A DNA stretch of 64,000 nt from positions 7,123 to 71,122 of IMG/VR virus record IMGVR_UViG_3300016476_001554. The stretch is one strand, 5' to 3'. Both the position numbers and the translations under genes were made by a program. How positions within the stretch are numbered: the first letter of the stretch is position 1; every line of letters starts with the position of its first letter. Positions 30,401 through 38,162 of this stretch are shown piece by piece. This DNA comes from a virus. Its lineage: Duplodnaviria; Caudoviricetes. A model generated the notes under the pieces. It worked only from the letters and a program-made list of their open reading frames with translations. It was not told where the DNA came from and did not search any database.

Positions 30401-31869
30401 CCAGATCTAATCATAATATTTTGGGCTATATTTCTAAAAAAAGGTCTGTACGGATTTCCTTGTGGAGCTTCAACATTATTGATTCTCTTTATTAATTTCA
30501 ATTCATCTTGAGTTCCAGATGCTTGGTCATTTTGAACCAAATCCAGTGCGACACCTTCGCTTATGGCTGAAACAAATTCATTTATAAAAGCCATTTCATT
30601 TTCTTCTACACCATATCTTTTACAAGGTATTTCATCTCCAGTATTATCTTCTATCTCTAAAGGAAAGTTTGTTCCTATAATTTCATGTGATTTAGCAGCC
30701 AAAACTCTTCCAGGGTTATTTTCTAAACCTTTAGAACCAGCTTCTAAAATCTTACCCATTATATATCCAGAATCTTGAGTTAGTTGTTTAAAAACCTCCC
30801 CTATAGTTACTTTTCTTAATTGAGTTTTAGAACTAGAATATGCCCTAGCTTTAATAGCATCTTCAATTAAAGAAATATTATTTGATATAACCGTAGACCT
30901 CTCTCTTGATTTGTCTTCCTTATATCCACCAGAGTCAAAATTTACAGCATCAACAGTTGATACTCCAGCGCTTGAAGCACCCCCAATTGAAGCATTTAAA
31001 AATAAAAAAGTATTCATTTTTCTTAAAGCTTCTGCGCTAGTAGAAGAATAATTTTTTATCTTATCTATGGTATTATAATCAGTAGGCGCTTTTATAGTTA
31101 CAGATTGAAATTTTTTTTCTGAAGTACCTTTTATTTTTAACCTACCTGCTGTACCATCTATTGTTTCTCCAAGTTTTAATATTCCACTATAACATAAACC
31201 TTCAACTATTCTTCCCGATTTAATCAACGTCATTTGTTGAAGTAAATTATCAAACTCCCTAGAAACCTCTTTTGTTTTAACTTCTATTTTTTTACCTATT
31301 TTAATTAAATCAAAAATAGTTTGAACTTTTTTGAATTTAGTATCTGGCATTTCTCTTCTCTTTAAACCTTTAACAGCCAATAAAAAAAGAAATGGAAGAT
31401 CCCCAAAAAAACCCCATTGATTTGGTACAAACTCACATTTTATATCATAACTTCCATCTTGTTGATAATTAGTAGAAGTTTTTTTTAAATTCAACATCCA
31501 AGAAACTTGTTTTCCTAGATATCCTTTGAATGTGAATAAAAATTTAGGTGGCGGCCAATTAAATAAAACAGAATAATCTGGAACTTCTCGGTCTATATTT
31601 TTTTTTCCAAATACAACATTACCATACAAATCTTTAAATGTTATAGTAACTATAGGTTGCATAGATTGATTAATTTCTATATCTATATTCGTTATTCCAA
31701 AACCTATATTGTTCCTAAAAAACCCTGTTGTAAATATTTTACGACCCATAAAGTCATAACATGAACCATCAACGATGGTAGTTAATCTACCATCTAAATA
31801 AAAACCGTCATCGCTAATTTTAAATGGTACACTATTGGGTGATATTAATTTACTTCCAGTAGTTTGCAT
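27487..31869 (-). CDS. Giant baseplate-hub-like paralog 3 with C-terminal SleB/Hydrolase_2-like domain
   Basis: ALCSMEAGAGQSRADVAQSIYNRL...IKSIVCSNGQYEP. Confidence 0.72.
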   Translation of the reverse strand: MQTTGSKLISPNSVPFKISDDGFYLDGRLTTIVDGSCYDFMGRKIFTTGFFRNNIGFGITNIDIEINQSMQPIVTITFKDLYGNVVFGKKNIDREVPDYSVLFNWPPPKFLFTFKGYLGKQVSWMLNLKKTSTNYQQDGSYDIKCEFVPNQWGFFGDLPFLFLLAVKGLKRREMPDTKFKKVQTIFDLIKIGKKIEVKTKEVSREFDNLLQQMTLIKSGRIVEGLCYSGILKLGETIDGTAGRLKIKGTSEKKFQSVTIKAPTDYNTIDKIKNYSSTSAEALRKMNTFLFLNASIGGASSAGVSTVDAVNFDSGGYKEDKSRERSTVISNNISLIEDAIKARAYSSSKTQLRKVTIGEVFKQLTQDSGYIMGKILEAGSKGLENNPGRVLAAKSHEIIGTNFPLEIEDNTGDEIPCKRYGVEENEMAFINEFVSAISEGVALDLVQNDQASGTQDELKLIKRINNVEAPQGNPYRPFFRNIAQNIMIRSGIIAFLTRSNDPNLPGDYDTFWGIDRTSVEEVLELAAADMENISENLLSQLTSDEYIKLRQFCNYWTRLMTEDGLYYLDSNGDKAGAIPTNGFRESISSSLLNRDVIVDKAANIKKDLKTIYAETFGSKQGSNNEDGDVIDNSSAKYINEKSMQSQAVYNNGILYRVPKTAIEIDTSSSTSATTNSDFLDDFSFVLFEGFYATYAKEARNAVSDDRLSSEDLDKALLGIVPIDTYYPSESLAPTTGMSTTGSTSGTTSTTVLDPFSMQPISLGGELGRVALTNKRFQVAVLNFNEMANPGSDTWKNEEKWLSNVVYDKRSKIVDPNTYTGNNHEVFLSNLAVSIAFSPLSQDKGLVFGPFMETTSGRNHRSCIKKMCSILLEKMGTLEENRNKVISNVIGKAEEGKTALYKQFHTLFHQWQVLMYDDPTSDNLCSDSNQIKSNQIVSVLENRYGGENADSRHVSIQKEDRKTKIQNLDSNVFVYDCVVSDVADIDVRNSLINIGPMYNPDGNTTVLNMIQQICAKNNFSFIPIPGNGNFSDYSEVFTPHRSTPQKIQNLFYVLFNPTPESRTTLSNTSNVVLSQAKTPVLNTDAFEVKVGSTENKIFKSVTIDSAENKPTAESVITLQTLTDKDNTNNQMGVDCSTLPVMEGKSYMAGFSMVGNAQIFPMQYFYLNSIPLFNGLYQIRKVRHSITPNSMSTNAEGIRMRVNLGGTAAMRPITLETFENLDLKIESLDSSDLENRKDIQRTKPQSPPVFSFGLFQRAVNASTIVANVSGSGQIAQGDDADFWALIALCSMEAGAGQSRADVAQSIYNRLGCKKYSNSESIKSIVCSNGQYEPTFKNKPQWNAINDKQSALIAVMNSKGVTQSTAEKMLKDTYEGITNIAYRTAAKDFIQGRTDFQAQSQGTVEVKNKKTNSGPFDPTGKRVSFVQRIPGNNVFGFAYNYQDNVVYDMPNFDNWVNKYASFFP

Positions 31870-31877
31870 AAAAAAAA

Positions 31878-32189
31878 CTATTGATTTGCGTAATCAATTA
31901 TTTGTTGTGTTATTTCTGAAAGAACATCATTTATTGGATATGGCACTCTTATTATTGTTTGAGCTGGTATATCGAACTCCACAAAATATTGAGGGTTTGC
32001 CCACATGATTACTCTCCATAAAGTCTCATCTTGATAAAGTTGCCCTGCAATATAATCTAATCTAATTTTATCTTTATTATATTCAATATATTTGTCAGTT
32101 TCCCTTCTAGATATAGTAATTGTTGGCATATCCTTCAATTCTCTAGGATTATTTGGGTCTCTTAAATATTTATAAAAATCATATGGCAT
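31878..32189 (-). CDS. LysM-like baseplate wedge protein (P2 gpX / T4 gp53-like)
   Basis: RLDYIAGQLYQDETLWRVIMWANP...IPAQTIIRVP. Confidence 0.8.
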   Translation of the reverse strand: MPYDFYKYLRDPNNPRELKDMPTITISRRETDKYIEYNKDKIRLDYIAGQLYQDETLWRVIMWANPQYFVEFDIPAQTIIRVPYPINDVLSEITQQIIDYANQ

Positions 32190-32245
32190 ATTATAATAGT
32201 AATTTAATTTTAATTTAAAATAAACAAAAAAAATTTAATATTTTA

Positions 32246-35200
32246 TTAAATATTGTTATTAGATAGAATACTTGTATTAAGAGGAGGACCAAGAGGGTTT
32301 TCAAGCTCTGGTTTTCCATCTAAACCTATATTTTGAGACACAACATTAGCTAACCTCTGCTTATCTTGTTCAAGCCTTTCCAATTCTGCAGCTCCAGCGT
32401 CAAATTCTTCTTCTAATTGTTTATCAGCTGCTAATCTCTGCCTTTCTAATTCATCATTTCCAGCTTGTGTTATAGCTTCTTTCCTTTCTTTTCTATTTAA
32501 TTTTTTCTTTTTATCTGCTTTATCATCTTCAGAGTCATTATCACGTCTACCTAAAAAATATACACCTCCAACATCGGTAGAGAGAACAGGTCTACCTTCT
32601 CCTCCATATCTACCTACAAAATCAAAGCTTAATGTGACTTTAGCCCACAAAGGTTGTACACTTCCTAAATCTAAAGCCCAAGGAGCTTCTGAATAATCTA
32701 CAGAAACCGTTTTAACTACAATATCATGATCCCACCAATCACCTAATTTAATATGCGCCACAGGAGGTTTGGTAAATGAATACCCAGACCCTTGAGATGC
32801 TTCCGCTGGCTTTGTTAATTTAGCTAAAAAGTCCATTCTATTTGCAAAATCCGTTTTAGAGCCAGAAAAATAAGCTGGCTGAAATGTTAAATTTTGAATC
32901 ATAGCATCCAATCTCTTAATTGAATTTTCAGCTTTAGAGTCTATTTCTCCATTTTTTTCAGACTTAACAGATGTCATAAAATCATAAACATTTCTATTTG
33001 TGTTTGATACATTATTATACAAATAAGAAAGGTTGTCTGTACTTATTTTTGAATCTAGTTTAGAACCTAAGTTTAGTTTTTCGCCAGTAAGCTCTTCGTA
33101 TATATCTTTTTTATTAGCTGTTTCCCCAGCTTGGTCATTAGAATTGGCGTTATTGAAATTTAAATTCTCTAACAATTCACTTTTTTTATCATTAATATCC
33201 CTCAATAGCTCAGAAGAACCAAAATCCTGTAGAGCTACATTAAAAGATTTAGATTCAGAAAAATTTCTATTTATTTTTCTAGTCACTTTCTCATTAGGAT
33301 TATTCCAATCTCTACCCAAAACAACCTCATCGCCATAATCTGTTAACACAAAAAATGATATAGTACCATCTCTTTTAGAATTGTTATAAGTATAAATAGG
33401 CTCTGGTCTTCCTAAAAAATTTATTTCATTCCAGTTCGCTGTATGAGAATCTGAAAAATCTTCAATATAAGCTGGGAAAATAATTGTAGTTCCATTAGAG
33501 TAATTCTTCAATGAAAAAACTAAAGATTTAGCAGAAGGCGGAGCATAAGGATTTCTTATCGTATATCTTTGCTGAGAATAAACTTTTTCATTACCCTTTT
33601 GACTTATTAAAAACTTAGCACCAACTTGATTAGATTGACCTTGAGGGTAATAATTACCAGCTAAAGCAATAGTATCAGAAGCTGATCTAATTGTTTTCAT
33701 TATATACTTAACACCTCTCTCTCCGTTTTCAAACTTATCGTTTGTTAGCGGATTTCCTGCTGTTACCTTAGCCATCATAGATTGAGGCGTTTTAATCCAT
33801 GCATCTTTTTGCCCAGGACCTATACCGCCCTCTGGTCTAATCAACTCTTCTGCAGAACCATTTAAGTATTGATAATTACCATTTGATTCATAAACACCAA
33901 CACTTGGAACTAAATTACCAAATTGTTGAGCTGAAATAGACTGAGTTGGTGTTTTAAAAGCACCTATTGTTTTTTGTATTAAATCCTGAAACCCCTGATC
34001 ATTGTTAGATTCTATATCACCTTTATAACTAGACATTGAAGTTACTGGTTGTATTTTTTGACTATTATATAAGTTTCTGGATAAATTATAATTTCTAATA
34101 GCTTCTGTAATATTACCCTTATGATATGCAGTCAAAACTTGAGCTTCATAAACAGCACCTTGAGTCTGCCAATAACCTCCTTGAGCATTGTCTATTTTTG
34201 TGTAATAAAAACCACCTCCTATATTAGAAGTTTTTTGTTCGTTTGTATTTTCAGTTCTTAAACCATACTTATCTTGTAATGCTGTTGATATAAGTCTAAA
34301 ATTAAAATTTTCTTTTATTTGTCTATCTTGACTTTTTTCAACTGTTGTATCATCTGTAAACAAGTTAACAATAGCTGGTAACGAAAATCCCTCAACATCC
34401 TTTCTAGTAGTAAGTGTATTAGAATTTAACCCTCTTACATATTCAGAACTACCGTAAACATAATCATTCTGAGCAAGTAATTTTACTCCAACTAAACTAG
34501 TAGGATTAAAGAAATATGCTGATTGATAATCACTTGGGTTATTGTAAGAAAAAGACATTAATGGGTTTGGTTGGTTTCTATTTAACAAGAAAGACCTAAA
34601 AACTAAACCTTGTATTCCAACTACAGATAATCCAAGATAACTAAAACTACCTAAAGCATCAAACGTAATTCCAAGATTATTATTTGGATTTAAAGCTAAT
34701 TGATTATCTCTAAAAACACTTGAATCGTTCAATAAATCTGAATTAGTTGATTGATTTGATGCAAGTAATCCATCCTTAATAGGTAATGAGTCTGATAATA
34801 AATCAGAAAATATAGGTACGTTACTATTTAAGTTTGTTTGTAAATAATAAGCTGAATCTGTTAATAAATCTGAATTATTTGGCACATTACTAGATAATTC
34901 ATCTTGCAAATAAGAATAAGAGTCTATTAACAAATCTGAATTATTTGGTACATTATTAGATAAATTTTGGTTTAAATAATACTGAGAAGAAGCTAATATA
35001 TCGTAAGGATTTGGCACGTTAGCAATCATATTATCTAAATAAAAAGCAAAAGAGTCATTTAATAAGTCAATACTCACTGGAACATTATACTTTAAAATAT
35101 CATCTCTCGTTTTATCTGAATCATTTAACAAATCAGTTACTTTAGGTACATTTGAAGCTATTACATTATTTCTCGGTATTTCTGAATCAATTAACAAATC

Positions 35201-36826
35201 TGATATACTTGGAGAATTTTTACTAATTAATATATCCCTAGGTTTTTCACCATTTTTTACTAAATCTATATCAATTGGAACGTTAGCATTTAATAAATCC
35301 GATCTAGATATGGCACCTAAACTTTCTAAATCTATATTAGAAGTAGCTTTTTTAGATAATGCACTCTTCCTAATTTCATTAGAATCTTCTAGTAAATTTC
35401 CAACATTCTGTGTATTATTTGACAAATCATCTTCTCTAAAAACATTAGAACTTATCAATAAGTCAGTTTGACTTATCTTGTTTTTAGATAAATCTTCCAA
35501 TCTAAATTGAATGGATTCATCCTCTAAATTAGTTTTAGAATCTACATTTCTACCAATTTGATCTTCTCTAAAAGTTTCGCTTTCTCGCTCAATGTTTGAA
35601 TTATTTGGCAAATTGTTTTTTAAAGCATTAAACCTAGAATCTTCTGAATCAATTAATAAATCCCCACTAGAAGCAATATTTTTAGATAAATCATCACCCC
35701 TTTTTTGTATTGAGTCATTAAGCAAGTCACTTTCTGATGGTGCATTTTTAGACAAATCACTTAATCTATTAGATTCATTTAAATCCAAAAGATTAATACT
35801 ATTATCTGTCTTGTTTTTAGCTAAATCATCTTCTCTTTTATTCAAAGAACTATCCATCAAATCAACAGAAGAAGAAACGTTTTTAGCTAAATCGTCTTTT
35901 CTAAAAGAATTAGATTCATTTAACAAATCACCAACTCCATTTTCGTTTTTAGATAAATTACTTTCTCTTGCCGCATCAGAACTTTCATCTAATGTAGATC
36001 CATTTTGACTTATGTTTTTAAAAGTATTATTTAATCTAAAATCTTTAGACTCAATTTCTATTCCGTCATTTGGTTTAGTTACATTTTTACTTTCAAGTTC
36101 TTTTCTTTTTTTATCTGATAATATATCAAATGAACTTACAGAGTTTTCGCCAATTGGAACTTTAACATTTTTAGATAAATTATTATCTCTAGCAATTTCA
36201 CCTTCTTGACTTAAATCAGTTTCTTTAATATTATTTTTATGAAGATTGTTATCTCTAAAATCTTTTGATTGAGAATCTATATCTACTTGTGTAGGAATAT
36301 TTTTATTTACATTATCAACCCTAAAAGATTCATTTCTACGATCTATTTCACTTTGTTGATTAAGCTGTTCTTTATTTCTAGATAAAGATTCCCTTCTTTG
36401 CTTTTCTGCTATTTCATCTATACCATCATAAAGAGTGGGACTATTTCTTTTTAACATCCCATTTCTTATACTATCTATTTTTTTTTGTAAATCAAAAGTT
36501 GATGTGGCTAATTTATTTTTTGCCAATAACTGATTTCTTATTTTTTCAGATATAGATTCTATATTGATATTATCTTCAACTAGTTTTTTTATTAATGAAT
36601 TTCTTATACTATCAGCACTACTATCTATAGTTATATCACTAGGCTGATTTTTTTCCATTAATTGATTTTTTGTTTGAGGATACAAAACATCGTAGACATT
36701 TTGTATAATAGGAAGATTCTTAGCAAGAAGTCTTCTTCTTACATCTAAAGAGAAAACTTCATAAAACTCATAAAATTTTTGCTCTTGTCTTTCCTCTTCG
36801 TTATTCTCATCAAACAAACTAGACAT
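32246..36826 (-). CDS. Tail tube initiator/baseplate-like protein with long N-terminal repeat array
   Basis: C-terminal FPAYIEDFSDSHTANWNEINFLGRPEPIYTYNNSKRDGTISF and KVTLSFDFVG; adjacent to LysM and hub genes. Confidence 0.6.
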   Translation of the reverse strand: MSSLFDENNEEERQEQKFYEFYEVFSLDVRRRLLAKNLPIIQNVYDVLYPQTKNQLMEKNQPSDITIDSSADSIRNSLIKKLVEDNINIESISEKIRNQLLAKNKLATSTFDLQKKIDSIRNGMLKRNSPTLYDGIDEIAEKQRRESLSRNKEQLNQQSEIDRRNESFRVDNVNKNIPTQVDIDSQSKDFRDNNLHKNNIKETDLSQEGEIARDNNLSKNVKVPIGENSVSSFDILSDKKRKELESKNVTKPNDGIEIESKDFRLNNTFKNISQNGSTLDESSDAARESNLSKNENGVGDLLNESNSFRKDDLAKNVSSSVDLMDSSLNKREDDLAKNKTDNSINLLDLNESNRLSDLSKNAPSESDLLNDSIQKRGDDLSKNIASSGDLLIDSEDSRFNALKNNLPNNSNIERESETFREDQIGRNVDSKTNLEDESIQFRLEDLSKNKISQTDLLISSNVFREDDLSNNTQNVGNLLEDSNEIRKSALSKKATSNIDLESLGAISRSDLLNANVPIDIDLVKNGEKPRDILISKNSPSISDLLIDSEIPRNNVIASNVPKVTDLLNDSDKTRDDILKYNVPVSIDLLNDSFAFYLDNMIANVPNPYDILASSQYYLNQNLSNNVPNNSDLLIDSYSYLQDELSSNVPNNSDLLTDSAYYLQTNLNSNVPIFSDLLSDSLPIKDGLLASNQSTNSDLLNDSSVFRDNQLALNPNNNLGITFDALGSFSYLGLSVVGIQGLVFRSFLLNRNQPNPLMSFSYNNPSDYQSAYFFNPTSLVGVKLLAQNDYVYGSSEYVRGLNSNTLTTRKDVEGFSLPAIVNLFTDDTTVEKSQDRQIKENFNFRLISTALQDKYGLRTENTNEQKTSNIGGGFYYTKIDNAQGGYWQTQGAVYEAQVLTAYHKGNITEAIRNYNLSRNLYNSQKIQPVTSMSSYKGDIESNNDQGFQDLIQKTIGAFKTPTQSISAQQFGNLVPSVGVYESNGNYQYLNGSAEELIRPEGGIGPGQKDAWIKTPQSMMAKVTAGNPLTNDKFENGERGVKYIMKTIRSASDTIALAGNYYPQGQSNQVGAKFLISQKGNEKVYSQQRYTIRNPYAPPSAKSLVFSLKNYSNGTTIIFPAYIEDFSDSHTANWNEINFLGRPEPIYTYNNSKRDGTISFFVLTDYGDEVVLGRDWNNPNEKVTRKINRNFSESKSFNVALQDFGSSELLRDINDKKSELLENLNFNNANSNDQAGETANKKDIYEELTGEKLNLGSKLDSKISTDNLSYLYNNVSNTNRNVYDFMTSVKSEKNGEIDSKAENSIKRLDAMIQNLTFQPAYFSGSKTDFANRMDFLAKLTKPAEASQGSGYSFTKPPVAHIKLGDWWDHDIVVKTVSVDYSEAPWALDLGSVQPLWAKVTLSFDFVGRYGGEGRPVLSTDVGGVYFLGRRDNDSEDDKADKKKKLNRKERKEAITQAGNDELERQRLAADKQLEEEFDAGAAELERLEQDKQRLANVVSQNIGLDGKPELENPLGPPLNTSILSNNNI
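34680..36760 (-). repeat. About 31 degenerate 22-aa protein repeats (xDLLxDSxxxRxxxLxKNxxxx)
   Basis: e.g. SDLLNDSIQKRGDDLSKNIASS followed by GDLLIDSEDSRFNALKNNLPNN; counted by eye. Confidence 0.8.
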
Positions 36827-36885
36827 ATTAACTCATTTATTAATAAATAATCAGTCAAAAAAAAAATATAAAAAAAATAAGATAT

Positions 36886-36903
36886 TTATGTAATATTACA
36901 TAA
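36886..36903. promoter_or_regulatory. Perfect 18-bp palindrome TTATGTAATATTACATAA, candidate RHH operator
   Basis: Overlaps TATTTATG (36883-36890) and ends 4 nt before RHH ATG 36908. Confidence 0.65.
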
Positions 36904-36907
36904 TATT

Positions 36908-37081
36908 ATGAAAACAAAAAATTTAACATTTTGTATACCAAAAGAAATCGTGCAAGAATTTGATATTATCTCAAAAGAAACTATGATACCTAAATCTAAA
37001 ATAATTTCTAAATTATTAGAAGAATATATAAAAAATTTCAAAAAAAATGAAAAAATATTCAACAAAAGCATTTATAAGTAA
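36908..37081 (+). CDS. Ribbon-helix-helix (CopG/Arc-like) protein, not in ORF track
   Basis: MKTKNLTFCIPKEIVQEFDIISKETMIPKSKIISKLLEEYIKNFKKNEKIFNKSIYK (57 aa); overlaps endonuclease start. Confidence 0.75.
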   Translation: MKTKNLTFCIPKEIVQEFDIISKETMIPKSKIISKLLEEYIKNFKKNEKIFNKSIYK

Positions 37082-38162
37082 ATGTAAAGAATTTTGGGGA
37101 GAAACTTATAGCTATGAAAACTTAGAATATATTAATTCTAACATACCAATACAAGTAAATTGTTTTAAGCATGGGGAATTTAAGATAAGACCTCTCAAGT
37201 TTATAAAAGGTCGTGGTTGTCCTTATTGTAAAATAAAAAAAACAAATACAAAAAAATTAACAAATGAAGAATTTATTAACCAAGCAAATATCATTCATGG
37301 AAATAAATATAATTATTCAAAAACACTATATGTAAATCAAAAAACAAAAGTAGTTGTTACATGCAAATCTCATGGCGATTTTGAGATTATACCTAATTAT
37401 CACACACATGATAAAGTAGGATGTAAAATTTGTAGTAAAGAAAGAACAATTAAATCAAACTCATATTCTTTTAAAGAGTTTTTAAAAAAAGCAAATATCG
37501 TTCATGGAAATAAATTCTATTATTCAGAAAAAGGGTATGAAAATTTAAATTCTAAAATTAAAATAATATGTCCTAAACATGGAGAATTTGAGCAAAGTGC
37601 ATTTAATCACCTTAGAACGAGTGGCTGTAAACAATGTGGACATTTAAATACTTCTAAAATCCTATCATATACAAAAGAAAGTTTTATTGAAAAGTCTAAA
37701 AAAATACATTTTGACAAGTATAATTATGATTTGGTTTTATATAAAAACTCAAAAGAGAAAGTAAAAATAATTTGCAATAAACATGGAGAATTTAAACAAT
37801 CACCAGCAATGCACCTCCAAGGCCAAGGTTGCCCAAATTGCAACAATTCTTTAGGGGAGAACAGGATATATAATATACTAAAATTAAAAAAAGTAGAATT
37901 TATTCAACAAAAAACTTTTGATGATTGTAAAAATATAAGACCGCTACCTTTTGATTTTTACATACCTAGCAAAAACATTTTAATAGAGTTTCAGGGTATA
38001 CAACATTATGATTATTACCATCATTTTGGCGGTATTATAGGATATAATAACCTAATCAAAAATGATGGTATAAAGAAAAAATACGCATCTGATAACAACA
38101 TAAAGCTAATAGAGATTAAGTACGATGATGATATAGTTGATATTTTAAATAAAATTATTTAA
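37047..38162 (+). mobile_element. Free-standing homing-endonuclease-like gene (DUF723-like Cys/His repeats plus Vsr/DUF559-like nuclease)
   Basis: Four repeats of F...HG.KY.Y...Y.....V.I.C..HGEF......H....GC..C; C-terminal FDFYIPSKNILIEFQGIQHY; antisense to tail genes. Confidence 0.8.

Noticed and set aside
18774-31869. Diversity-generating retroelement or invertase shuffling of the hub tails
   Set aside because: No reverse transcriptase, template/variable repeat pair, invertase or inverted crossover sites in the window
19122-36209. Short ORFs inside the hub and repeat genes (19122, 21125, 23367, 26416, 27556, 28632, 30563, 33033, 35592, 36012)
   Set aside because: Fully nested in long conserved genes, no motifs or expression signals
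36886-37071. Minus-strand 61 aa tracked ORF
   Set aside because: The opposite strand encodes a convincing RHH protein (36908-37081) with promoter and operator
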